From the sequence record MT446392.1: DNA of 64,000 bases, one strand, 5' to 3'. Source of the DNA: Escherichia virus TH15. The translations under genes and the position numbers were made by a program. Position 1 is the first letter of the stretch; each line of letters opens with the position of its first letter. Below the pieces are notes generated by a model, which searched no databases, had not been told where the DNA came from, and saw nothing but the letters and a program-made list of their open reading frames with translations. Positions 43,977-52,469 of this stretch are shown one piece after another.

Positions 43977-44455
43977 TTATGAATATTAAATTTGGTCAGA
44001 CCATCCCTAAAGGTTATGTGATTGAAATTGAAACCTGGGAAAATGATGGTGACAACTATAAAACCCAGACAATATTTGGTGTAGAAGAACAAGAAATCCA
44101 GCAGTACAAATATATCCTGGAACTTTTTCAAGGCTCTCATTGTAACTATCCAGATAAATGTGGTAATTCAGAATGGGACGTAGTTAAAGACTTTCTTATC
44201 GCACACATTGAATCTGGTGTAAAATCTGGTCAATTAACTCCTGAATTCATTAACAAAACACTTTGTATTGAAAATCTGGAAAACCTGGTTGAAGGTGACA
44301 ACGGCCAGGAATTTGAATTATTGTGTTCTCTCCAGGAATTGCTGGGCGAGCCGGTGGAATATGATAGCGTTTTGCGCGTAGTTTCGTGGGTAAAATTATA
44401 CATCATCGAAGAAGAAATCCAAATACCAAACGTTAAAGCACTTAATATGCTTTAA
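43973..44455 (+). CDS. hypothetical protein
   Basis: 160 aa. Confidence 0.55.
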   Translation: MIMNIKFGQTIPKGYVIEIETWENDGDNYKTQTIFGVEEQEIQQYKYILELFQGSHCNYPDKCGNSEWDVVKDFLIAHIESGVKSGQLTPEFINKTLCIENLENLVEGDNGQEFELLCSLQELLGEPVEYDSVLRVVSWVKLYIIEEEIQIPNVKALNML

Positions 44456-44533
44456 GAGTTATGTGTTATTATTAATAAGTACCCTCTATTACCAAAGGTT
44501 CTTCCCTCAAAGAACCTCTCATAATAGAATTAA

Positions 44534-44607
44534 GGCCCTGTAGCTGGACGGTCAAGCGAGCGACTCATAATCGCTGGATGGTGGTTCGATTCCACCCAGG
44601 GCCACCA
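44534..44607 (+). tRNA. tRNA with anticodon CAT (Met, or Ile if lysidine-modified as in T4 tRNA-Ile), encoded CCA
   Basis: Manual fold: acceptor GGCCCTG/CAGGGCC, anticodon stem AGCGA/TCGCT, loop CTCATAA, T-arm GGTGG-TTCGATT-CCACC. Confidence 0.8.
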
Positions 44608-44741
44608 AACTTATTTTAAATTATCATGGCGATAGGTATTGTAGATGCGGTTCGATTCCGTCCGGGGTAAGTGCCCTAGCATGCTTGGAGCATGAGTGAC
44701 TTAATATTGGTGGTTCGAGTCCACCCCGCTATGAACAAACA
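44608..44741 (+). other. tRNA-like remnant or small stable RNA candidate (two T-arm-like motifs, no canonical cloverleaf found)
   Basis: GCGGTTCGATTCCGTC and GGTGGTTCGAGTCCACC present; acceptor pairing not found by hand. Confidence 0.3.
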
Positions 44742-44817
44742 CGAGGCATAGCTCAGAAGGAAGAGCAAGGACCTTCTAAGTCCTAGGTCGTAGGTTCGAT
44801 TCCTACTGTCTCGACCA
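44742..44817 (+). tRNA. tRNA-Arg (anticodon TCT), encoded CCA
   Basis: Manual fold: acceptor CGAGGCA/TGTCTCG, D-stem GCTC/GAGC, anticodon stem AGGAC/GTCCT, loop CTTCTAA, T-arm GTAGG-TTCGATT-CCTAC. Confidence 0.85.
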
Positions 44818-44989
44818 AACAAGAAACCGGGTCGCTACCGGTAAGTCGTCGGACTGAAGTTCCCTGTTTAAGGACTGACATTAATAAATCTTTATGTTTT
44901 GTTAATGACCCCTTATCTCACAGCTGAAACGGCGCACCTAATTATCGATTCGAGGAAATATCTTTGCCGTAAGCCGAGTGGCGTTTTTG

Positions 44990-45085
44990 ACGGAACGTTC
45001 GGATATGGTCGAGATATGGCCTTTTAAAAATATTGAGTAGCGTCAACTACTTGATAACCGGGTTCGAATCCCGGCGTATCGTACA
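44990..45085 (+). other. tRNA-like element or stable RNA candidate with canonical T-arm CCGGG-TTCGAAT-CCCGG
   Basis: T-arm seen; matching 5' acceptor not found. Confidence 0.25.
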
Positions 45086-45132
45086 AACACTTGCCTAGCA
45101 GGTGGAACCCCGACAAGGTTACCCTAGGTTAA

Positions 45133-45162
45133 AGCCCCTCCCGAAAGGTTGGGGCTTTTTTA
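45133..45162 (+). terminator. intrinsic terminator closing the tRNA cluster (AGCCCC...GGGGCT plus T6)
   Basis: Hairpin 45133-45156, T-run 45157-45162. Confidence 0.75.
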
Positions 45163-45168
45163 TAAATA
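45161..45168 (+). promoter_or_regulatory. T4-type late promoter TATAAATA on plus strand
   Basis: Exact octamer 27 nt upstream of ATG 45195. Confidence 0.6.
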
Positions 45169-45194
45169 TAACGTACCCATAACTAAGGAAATTT

Positions 45195-45749
45195 ATGAAA
45201 CTTTTAAAATATCTAAGCTGGATTCTGTTAGTGCCACTGGATTTCATTTCAATGATTCTGGCTGTTATCCTTGCACCATTTGTAGTGCCGTTCCATAACA
45301 AAAAGACTGGTAAGCTTCCGTTCGGATTTGACTGGATGATGACATACGATAATCCAATTGATGGTGACCGTGGTCATGTTAAACGTTGGGAAAAAATCAG
45401 AAAATGGCCGTTAGGTGTTTACTTCCAGCGAGTGGCCTGGCTCTGGCGAAATAAAGCCTACAATTTTGCTTATCATAAGCTGGGTCGCGATTGCGATTCT
45501 AAATTCCATTATAAAGGTAATCCTGATGTTGAATCGGGCTCCCCGGATAAAGCTCACCATGGCTGGCTCTGGATGTGGAATGATAATGCATGGGGCGTGT
45601 TCGCTTCCGTACCTTATCTTAAAGTTGGTGGAATCACCTTTTATCTGCGCGTGTATTGCGGTTGGAAGCTCAAAAGTCTTCTGTCCCGTCCTATCCCGAA
45701 AGCTATGTTAGCCTTTCATATCAATCCCTTCCGTTTTTATAAGAACTAA
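45195..45749 (+). CDS. hypothetical membrane-anchored Trp-rich protein, apparently late-expressed
   Basis: 184 aa; N-terminal hydrophobic segment; late promoter upstream; terminator downstream. Confidence 0.55.
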   Translation: MKLLKYLSWILLVPLDFISMILAVILAPFVVPFHNKKTGKLPFGFDWMMTYDNPIDGDRGHVKRWEKIRKWPLGVYFQRVAWLWRNKAYNFAYHKLGRDCDSKFHYKGNPDVESGSPDKAHHGWLWMWNDNAWGVFASVPYLKVGGITFYLRVYCGWKLKSLLSRPIPKAMLAFHINPFRFYKN

Positions 45750-45754
45750 TCGAA

Positions 45755-45778
45755 CCCGCTCCGGCGGGTTTATTTTTA
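45755..45778 (+). terminator. intrinsic terminator (ACCCGC-tccg-GCGGGT plus T-run)
   Basis: Read directly. Confidence 0.6.
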
Positions 45779-45796
45779 ATATTTCTTCAAAAAGTA

Positions 45797-45826
45797 GTGT
45801 ACATCCGGATTGACCGGGTGCATAAT
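45797..45826 (+). promoter_or_regulatory. early promoter GTGTAC / CATAAT
   Basis: 18-nt spacer; leader CCATACTGAGTTAC shared with 46345 and 46876. Confidence 0.45.
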
Positions 45827-45876
45827 GATTCCATACTGAGTTACACACTGAATCACAAAAACTTTGGAGAAATAAA

Positions 45877-46302
45877 ATGAACTTTCTGACCCTGACCTCT
45901 GCATTCTCTGTTACCCGCATCACTAACAAAATGGTTGCTGATGAAGTATGTGAAATCTGCATTCGTGAAGATGCACTTATCCATCTGACTTCAACCCAAA
46001 TTGTTGCCATCGCCAAGTCCCTTAATTCTGAACTGAAGGTAAACACCAAACAGTCAAAAGAATCCATCATTGAATTAATCCAAGCTGAAATGATTGAATT
46101 CCCAATTGAAGAAGTTAAAGAAGAAAAAATCCAGTCCAAATCTGGTAACGCCCGTGACATTTGCTTCCAGGCATTTGCAGAAATTGATATGAATGATAAT
46201 GCAGCTCGTCGCGCTCTGATTGATGACCTGGTTACTACCCATGATATCAAAAAGACTGTTGTTCAGTCTTATGCTTCCAACTTCCGCAAAGCTCAAAAAT
46301 AA
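45877..46302 (+). CDS. hypothetical protein, paralog of 46386-46829 (shared C-terminal motif QSYASNFRK)
   Basis: 141 aa. Confidence 0.55.
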   Translation: MNFLTLTSAFSVTRITNKMVADEVCEICIREDALIHLTSTQIVAIAKSLNSELKVNTKQSKESIIELIQAEMIEFPIEEVKEEKIQSKSGNARDICFQAFAEIDMNDNAARRALIDDLVTTHDIKKTVVQSYASNFRKAQK

Positions 46303-46313
46303 TTGAGAAAAGT

Positions 46314-46350
46314 GTTTTACTTCCAAGTGGGATAGTGTATAATTATCCCA
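46314..46350 (+). promoter_or_regulatory. early promoter with TATAAT inside GGGATA/TATCCC inverted repeat (PeSL-like)
   Basis: TATAAT 46338-46343. Confidence 0.5.
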
Positions 46351-46385
46351 TACTGAGTTACCAAATAAACAAACGGGATAATAAA

Positions 46386-46829
46386 ATGAAAACTTCAAAA
46401 CTGGTTAAGTACGTTAAACTGGCATTAAACAACTCTTCTGAAGCTGAAGCGCAATCCGCAGCGCGTATGTTCTTCAAACGTCTGACAGCTGAAGGTATTT
46501 CATTTAACCCGGCAGTATTTGGTATCACTCGTGGCGAAGCTGCTAAACTGGCAACTCTGGCAGGTAAAATTTTTAAAGGTCTGAATGATGGACAGGTTAA
46601 ACCAGAAGTTAAACCTACTCCTAAAGCTGAACCAAAAGCTGAGTGTAAGGCACCTAAACGCTCCGGTATGAGCAACAAAGATTTATGCTATGATATGTTC
46701 AAAACTGTTAATATGTCTAATGGTGCTGCTCGCAGAGCTGTTATTGATATGATTGTGCGTGAGTTTGGATTCAACAAAGCATCAGTTCAATCTTATGCTT
46801 CCAACTTCCGCAAAGAATTTGAAATTTAA
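46386..46829 (+). CDS. hypothetical protein, paralog of 45877-46302
   Basis: 147 aa from ATG 46386; C-terminus ...ASVQSYASNFRKEFEI. Confidence 0.55.
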   Translation: MKTSKLVKYVKLALNNSSEAEAQSAARMFFKRLTAEGISFNPAVFGITRGEAAKLATLAGKIFKGLNDGQVKPEVKPTPKAEPKAECKAPKRSGMSNKDLCYDMFKTVNMSNGAARRAVIDMIVREFGFNKASVQSYASNFRKEFEI

Positions 46830-46841
46830 TTCAAAAAGGGG

Positions 46842-46871
46842 GTATACAAGCCCCCTGCTTTAAGGCATAAT
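46842..46871 (+). promoter_or_regulatory. early promoter GTATAC / CATAAT overlapping a G5/C5 hairpin
   Basis: Read directly. Confidence 0.4.
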
Positions 46872-46910
46872 GATTCCATACTGAGTTACCAAATAAAACT
46901 GGAGAATAAA

Positions 46911-47216
46911 ATGAAATTCATCATCAACCTGGCGCTTGTTGACTTTGATAAAACTGGTAATTTCGCATCTGCTGAAAATATGATTCGCAACACTAAGTTC
47001 AAAGTGCAAGTCCAGCAGGCGGTAGCAAAAGAGTTCTTTACTGATAAATTAACCCACGTTGTCAATCACCTGAATGTGCAAGTTAAATTCACTCGTAAAG
47101 CAGAAACTACAGTTGAATTTGATTTTGAATGTCGTTACCATGATGAATATGTTCGCCGCATCCTTAATATTGTATCTGATGAACTTTACTATGGTGTGCA
47201 GGAAAACAAAATCTAA
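46911..47216 (+). CDS. hypothetical protein
   Basis: 101 aa. Confidence 0.5.
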   Translation: MKFIINLALVDFDKTGNFASAENMIRNTKFKVQVQQAVAKEFFTDKLTHVVNHLNVQVKFTRKAETTVEFDFECRYHDEYVRRILNIVSDELYYGVQENKI

Positions 47217-47220
47217 ATCA

Positions 47221-47256
47221 GTGTACGCTTTAACGGGAACATGATAGTATGTTCCC
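47221..47256 (+). promoter_or_regulatory. early promoter GTGTAC / TAGTAT with -10 inside 8-bp inverted repeat GGGAACAT/ATGTTCCC
   Basis: Read directly. Confidence 0.45.
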
Positions 47257-47292
47257 TGGATAATAAAACATTAACCAACTGAAGGAAATACC

Positions 47293-47886
47293 ATGAATAC
47301 TTTAAAGAAACTTGTTGAATTCATCCGCTCCAAACTGGGTACTGCAATGGCACAAAACCTGTCTATTGAAGACCAATATACTAAAGCGGCAACAACCCTG
47401 ATTGACAAGATTACTGAGCTCCAGACTGCCCACGTTAAGTCTGTTAATGAAGAAAAACGCATCCGCGAGTTAGCGAATGAAAAAGACCAGCTCGCTGCTT
47501 CAAAAGAGCGTGAAATCCGTAAACTGATTGCTGATGGTGCTGATGTTCAGGTCCATGCTAAACTAGGTCTCCTGTATCGCCACACGGCTAAACAACTTCG
47601 TAAGAAGGCAGATGATTATGTTGAAATGCGTAATGAAATTAAATTGAAAGTTAAAGAGCTGGATGATTCTCGTCAGGAACTAGCTGTTAAACTGGAATAC
47701 ATCCGCGAAACTCGTAAGGTATCTGCCCTGGGTATTGCGACTGCAGATGATGTTGTTGAAATCGCTGCATTGACTAAGATTGATATTGAAGACACTCTGA
47801 TGCGTGTTGAAACCTTCAAAGGCCCACAGGTTGGTGTGGATACCACATCCGCTGACATTGAAGAATACATCAATTCACTTAAGTAA
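47293..47886 (+). CDS. hypothetical coiled-coil protein
   Basis: 197 aa, charged heptad-rich. Confidence 0.55.
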   Translation: MNTLKKLVEFIRSKLGTAMAQNLSIEDQYTKAATTLIDKITELQTAHVKSVNEEKRIRELANEKDQLAASKEREIRKLIADGADVQVHAKLGLLYRHTAKQLRKKADDYVEMRNEIKLKVKELDDSRQELAVKLEYIRETRKVSALGIATADDVVEIAALTKIDIEDTLMRVETFKGPQVGVDTTSADIEEYINSLK

Positions 47887-47929
47887 GATAAAAGGGGGCT
47901 TTGCCCCCTAATTGGGAGAGGAGAATATT

Positions 47930-48484
47930 ATGACTTCATACGATAATCTTATATCAAATGTAGAATGGTTTGGCGGCAGTGGTCTTGCCACTGAAACTAA
48001 TACAGTTCTTTATAGAATCCGTGGTGACCTAGGTTATTCCAATGATTTCTTAAGAAGAACAACTAGTCGGGGCGATACTACCAAATTACCTTTTATTTTT
48101 GCTTTGGCTGAAGACCTTTCTTTCGCAGATGCCTTGGAAATTATTGACGTGAATCTGGGCATTCAACGAGTGGAATTCGCTGGACTACGTTATTCAGTGT
48201 ATGCATTAAACGACCCTAGCGATTATAGACAACTTATTGATGCAGACGATGATTATCATTTAGTGTGTTATTTGATGTTAGAAAATGGTGACCACTTTGG
48301 AATGGTTGACCGCCGTCCAACTTACTCTGATATTAAAAATTATGATAAAGATGAGCTTACTATTTTGGCTGCTGAGTATACATCAGAGAGTCGTAAGCAA
48401 CAACGGAAGCTTAATCGTTTTATTACTGAATGTCGTGAATATGCTAAAGGGGTTCAAAATGCGAACGCTATATCTGCCAAGTAA
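47930..48484 (+). CDS. hypothetical protein with C-terminal F-I-x-E-C motif
   Basis: 184 aa from ATG 47930, SD GGGAGAGGAG. Confidence 0.5.
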   Translation: MTSYDNLISNVEWFGGSGLATETNTVLYRIRGDLGYSNDFLRRTTSRGDTTKLPFIFALAEDLSFADALEIIDVNLGIQRVEFAGLRYSVYALNDPSDYRQLIDADDDYHLVCYLMLENGDHFGMVDRRPTYSDIKNYDKDELTILAAEYTSESRKQQRKLNRFITECREYAKGVQNANAISAK

Positions 48485-48818
48485 ACCAGAAAAATTTGTA
48501 TACGCGGACAAGATTGATAAAGACCTTATGCCTCCATTTGGAGCTTTGTCCATGTGCATCGTTGGGGTTATAATGATGGTGCTTTGTGGGGATATGGATA
48601 TCATTAGTGTCGGAGTCGCCTGGACACTAATAATCGCAACTCCTTTTATTACAGTCCTGAGTATGATTTTGATAAATGTGTGGCATCAAAATCATATGAA
48701 TAAAGGATATCGTGGACGAGTTAAAGAGTGGGAACAAAAATGTGTTTCCCTACAAAAAGAGCACAAAATTAAATGTGCAGAAGAATTTATCAAGGAGGTT
48801 CGCAATGGAACGGCCTAG
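48459..48818 (+). CDS. small membrane protein (F-I-K-E motif at C-terminus)
   Basis: 119 aa from ATG 48459; hydrophobic helices. Confidence 0.5.
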   Translation: MRTLYLPSKPEKFVYADKIDKDLMPPFGALSMCIVGVIMMVLCGDMDIISVGVAWTLIIATPFITVLSMILINVWHQNHMNKGYRGRVKEWEQKCVSLQKEHKIKCAEEFIKEVRNGTA

Positions 48819-49158
48819 TCTTGCACTACATGTTTATCAATTGGCTGAATATGATATTGGTGCCAATTTATTATTAGGGATTGTTACCGCTATGCTCGGG
48901 GGCTTGGTTGGCCTGGTAATGACCACAGTTATGGCTGCAATCGAGGGAGTCATGCCTATTGAGATGGGCTTCTTTATGATAATTGCTCCGGCTGTTGTAG
49001 CCTATTTTATCCCGGTTGTGTATGATATCTGTCACACAAACACCTTGAATGCTCCCATCCGTAAGAGATACGCTTTGGCAATGGCTGAGTATAATAAGTT
49101 CCTGGACAAAACAAAACGTAATGAACTTGAAACCTTTATTAAGGAATGTAAATCATGA
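48805..49158 (+). CDS. small membrane protein ending FIKECKS
   Basis: 117 aa from ATG 48805, SD AAGGAGG. Confidence 0.5.
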   Translation: MERPSLALHVYQLAEYDIGANLLLGIVTAMLGGLVGLVMTTVMAAIEGVMPIEMGFFMIIAPAVVAYFIPVVYDICHTNTLNAPIRKRYALAMAEYNKFLDKTKRNELETFIKECKS

Positions 49159-49445
49159 ATAAAATTGAAATCGCTATCCCTAAGTATTATGATGAGAAAT
49201 CTGCAGAAAAAGCTATCTATTCTCTTCTAAATAAGACTTCTGAAATTGAAACACATTGTGAAGAAATCGCTGATGAATATGGCATTGAATTCAGCACCGG
49301 CGATTACGGCACAGGTCGTACATACCACCCAGTCGGTTATGAATGCTCTGAATGGTTTACCCATCATATTGAAGCCAATGGCGGTCGGGTTGAAAATGGT
49401 GTTGTTACCGTTGGTGCTTGGGTCTCCTCTTCTGAGATGTGTTAA
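49155..49445 (+). CDS. small acidic protein, member 1 of tandem W-x-SS-x-x-C family (ends WVSSSEMC)
   Basis: 96 aa. Confidence 0.55.
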   Translation: MNKIEIAIPKYYDEKSAEKAIYSLLNKTSEIETHCEEIADEYGIEFSTGDYGTGRTYHPVGYECSEWFTHHIEANGGRVENGVVTVGAWVSSSEMC

Positions 49446-49454
49446 GGAAATGGT

Positions 49455-49736
49455 ATGATGAACGATTACAGTAAAAATAAAGAACTGGCCAACGCAGTAA
49501 ACGAAATCCATAAAGCTATTCGGCGCGCCGAGGAAATTGCAGACAAATATGAGACTCATTTTAATATATACCCTGCTCGCGGTATGGGCGGTGACTATTA
49601 TTCTCCTGGCGCCTTGAAAGCTGACCTTGCTCATTGGGAAAACTACGGTGAAGCCCAATACGCCATTGTTAACCAACATGACTACACAACGGACCTTGAA
49701 AAAGGTGGTTGGGTTTCCTCTTCTTCTGAATGTTAA
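49455..49736 (+). CDS. small acidic protein, family member 2 (ends WVSSSSEC)
   Basis: 93 aa. Confidence 0.55.
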   Translation: MMNDYSKNKELANAVNEIHKAIRRAEEIADKYETHFNIYPARGMGGDYYSPGALKADLAHWENYGEAQYAIVNQHDYTTDLEKGGWVSSSSEC

Positions 49737-49744
49737 GGAATTAT

Positions 49745-49942
49745 ATGTCCCGTGAATTAGATTGTGCAATCCGTACTGCTGCGGCAGCTATTGAAAACGT
49801 TATCCAGATTTGCAAAGAAGAACGCGAAGAAGCTGATATCTATATTGACGGTCAGCGTAATCTGGAACAACATATTACGCTTTATAATGGTTGTATTACT
49901 ATTAGTGGTACCTCTTGGGTGTCCTCCTCTTACGAATGCTAA
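49745..49942 (+). CDS. small acidic protein, family member 3 (ends WVSSSYEC)
   Basis: 65 aa from ATG 49745 with SD TAAGGAA. Confidence 0.5.
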   Translation: MSRELDCAIRTAAAAIENVIQICKEEREEADIYIDGQRNLEQHITLYNGCITISGTSWVSSSYEC

Positions 49943-49950
49943 GGAAATAA

Positions 49951-50178
49951 ATGACTACTAAAACTGTTAAAGAAATTGAAGACCAAATCCGTGCACTAAT
50001 CTGTGAAGGTGAACAGCTGGCCGATAAAACTGGTGAATACTTTCATGTATATGCTGACAGTCTTCAACGATATATTCCTGCGGGCTGTCCAGAATATGAA
50101 GAATATGACTGGATTCGCGGTGATTATGGTATCCCAGAAGGTAAAGGTTTCTGGTACACCTCCTCTATGTCTTGCTAA
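49951..50178 (+). CDS. small acidic protein, family member 4 (ends WYTSSMSC)
   Basis: 75 aa. Confidence 0.55.
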   Translation: MTTKTVKEIEDQIRALICEGEQLADKTGEYFHVYADSLQRYIPAGCPEYEEYDWIRGDYGIPEGKGFWYTSSMSC

Positions 50179-50187
50179 GGAATAAAA

Positions 50188-50412
50188 ATGTCTGATATTA
50201 ATGAATTAGAAAAAGCAGCTCTTGAACTGGCTGCGCTGTATAAGAAAGTTAAAGATATGGCTTCTGCTCAAGATTTCGGTATTGAGCTCGATGATTATGA
50301 TGGCGAAGTTCGTCTTGAAGACTGGTTGAACAGCTCTTGTTATGGTGAAGAAGCTGGTCGAACCTTCGTTGCTCACCCGGATGGTAAAATCTGGTACCCG
50401 AGCAGCTGCTAA
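50188..50412 (+). CDS. small acidic protein, family member 5 (ends WYPSSC)
   Basis: 74 aa. Confidence 0.55.
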   Translation: MSDINELEKAALELAALYKKVKDMASAQDFGIELDDYDGEVRLEDWLNSSCYGEEAGRTFVAHPDGKIWYPSSC

Positions 50413-50514
50413 AATTATCACAAGGATGTGATAGGAGGACTTATGCACAAGATTTAGTATACAAGTCTAAAGAAACATAGTATCATTATCTCGTCAACTA
50501 ATGAGGAAATCAAT

Positions 50515-50745
50515 ATGTGGTATTACGCCCCAATGGCTGATGAGCCTGTGAAAATTAGTCGCGCTAAGTTTACAAAGATTTACGGCCTCGTTTATAAGAA
50601 GTCTGATTACGGTGTTCGTTTTGAAGATGCACACTGTATCAACGACCCTTATAATGAAGACCTCTATGGCAAATTGGTTCCTATCGTTAAGGGGTCCGCC
50701 TCTGAGATGATAGATGAATCTAATATCTCTGCTGCTGAAATTTAA
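50515..50745 (+). CDS. hypothetical protein
   Basis: 76 aa. Confidence 0.45.
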   Translation: MWYYAPMADEPVKISRAKFTKIYGLVYKKSDYGVRFEDAHCINDPYNEDLYGKLVPIVKGSASEMIDESNISAAEI

Positions 50746-50763
50746 GTTACTGAGGAAAATATT

Positions 50764-51723
50764 ATGATGTTAGTTATTGGCTCTCGCGCATTACATAACG
50801 CCGGTCTGATTGAAAGTAAGAAAATTGAAAACTCTGATTGGGATTTTATCGCTGACCAGGGTTCCTGGAACAGCTTTAAAACCCAGATGATGGGGCAGCA
50901 TGTTCATGTGGATAACCCAGATGTGCAAGCTTTTAAATGTATGCACAATGGTAAAGAAACTTATTTTGAAGCGTACATCGTCCGCGCACTGACAAGTGTT
51001 CGTGAGTTGACTGATGAGTTGCAAGAGGAAGATTTTACTTCCAGTTATCGTCTGCTCAAATATGCAAAGGCAAATATTCAGAAAGACCGTCTATCTGGTT
51101 TTTACTGGGCGACCCCTGATATTTGTCTGGCAATTAAATTGTCTCATCGTTACCTGAAGAACAATCCATTCTTCCTGAAGACAATGAGCCATATTAATTA
51201 CCTTCGTAATAAGGGTGTTGTTCTTAATGATGAACTACAAAAAATCATGCAACAACGACAGGCAGAAACACTGTCATATAGTCACCCTAAACTAGACGTG
51301 GGCAAGAAAACTTTCTTTAATGATACAATCTATACCCTTGACCATGACTCCATCCACGAGGCCGTGGCGCTTGCTGATAAGCCTGCATATAAGTTCTATA
51401 TGAAGGATGATTCAGAAGTCATGACCTCACGTGAAAAATTTGAAGCACTCCCTGATGTTATTAAACTGGCAGGGGTTTATGAAGAAGCATGTGTGCTCGC
51501 TCTGGAGCGTTCGCAGGTTCCTAACGAGTTTAGTATCCCGGCCAGTCATAGCTTCCATATGGCTCTGGAAAAAGTCTGCACCTCCATTACTTCTGGATGG
51601 TTTCGTGAGTATGCCTGGGAACATTACCAGGATGTGGTTAATATGTACAACACCCTGGGTCGCGAAGACTATGTTAAACGTTTCAAGGCTAACCAGCATT
51701 TAATTCGTCCTTTTTCAAAATAA
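50764..51723 (+). CDS. hypothetical protein (largest uncharacterised early ORF; weak GS...DxD nucleotidyltransferase-like motif near N-terminus)
   Basis: 319 aa; motif VIGSRALH...SDWDFI. Confidence 0.55.
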   Translation: MMLVIGSRALHNAGLIESKKIENSDWDFIADQGSWNSFKTQMMGQHVHVDNPDVQAFKCMHNGKETYFEAYIVRALTSVRELTDELQEEDFTSSYRLLKYAKANIQKDRLSGFYWATPDICLAIKLSHRYLKNNPFFLKTMSHINYLRNKGVVLNDELQKIMQQRQAETLSYSHPKLDVGKKTFFNDTIYTLDHDSIHEAVALADKPAYKFYMKDDSEVMTSREKFEALPDVIKLAGVYEEACVLALERSQVPNEFSIPASHSFHMALEKVCTSITSGWFREYAWEHYQDVVNMYNTLGREDYVKRFKANQHLIRPFSK

Positions 51724-51725
51724 GT

Positions 51726-51755
51726 GTGTACAACCAAATGGGGCTATGACATAAT
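51726..51755 (+). promoter_or_regulatory. early promoter GTGTAC / CATAAT
   Basis: 18-nt spacer. Confidence 0.4.
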
Positions 51756-51782
51756 GGTCCCACAATCAATGAGGAAAATATT

Positions 51783-52469
51783 ATGAACGGTCCTAAAACT
51801 TTTAATAGTCAAGCTCGTGCAGTTGGTGGTTTTGCACATAACGTACAAAATGACCAAATCAAAAATGAACCAATGTTCTTTAACTGTGATTTGAGTTTTG
51901 CTTGGGATAATGGTGGTCCAATCACTCGTAGCTTTATTGCCAATCTCCCAATTGATTGGACTAATCAACATGTTGTGTTTGATTCACGTGCGCATATGTT
52001 AATGCCAGGTTGGTATCCAGCTATCCCTGGCTATCATCATGATGATGTTCCTCGTCCACCCATTCCAACAGGACAACATTTTATTACTGCAGGACAACCT
52101 GATTATGACAATCCTCGCTATTTGTCTGAACACATTCTTGGTCTTGTTAACGCTGATGTGTGCCCTACCCATTTTGCTACAGGCGAAGCCACCTTTAGTG
52201 AAATCCCAGAAGGTGAACTGATTTATCGCCAATGGCATAAAGAAGTTCTGGCTAAAATTGAATCAGGTGAATTAGAGCAATGGGAAGCTCCTGACCGCAC
52301 ACTCCTGCAGTTTAATTGTCATACCTGGCATACTGGTTCCCAGACAGTGCGCAATGGCTGGCGTTGGTTTGGTCGTGTATCTCGTAACACTGACCGTGTT
52401 AAAAATATTACCAATGAAATCCGCGTTAATGCCCAAGTATATCTGGAATTCCCTATGGAGGGATGGTAA
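51783..52469 (+). CDS. hypothetical protein
   Basis: 228 aa. Confidence 0.55.
   Translation: MNGPKTFNSQARAVGGFAHNVQNDQIKNEPMFFNCDLSFAWDNGGPITRSFIANLPIDWTNQHVVFDSRAHMLMPGWYPAIPGYHHDDVPRPPIPTGQHFITAGQPDYDNPRYLSEHILGLVNADVCPTHFATGEATFSEIPEGELIYRQWHKEVLAKIESGELEQWEAPDRTLLQFNCHTWHTGSQTVRNGWRWFGRVSRNTDRVKNITNEIRVNAQVYLEFPMEGW

Noticed and set aside
44594-44668. Possible tRNA overlapping the 3' end of the CAT tRNA
   Set aside because: Acceptor pairing had a mismatch, no D-stem could be formed, and it would overlap a well-folded tRNA
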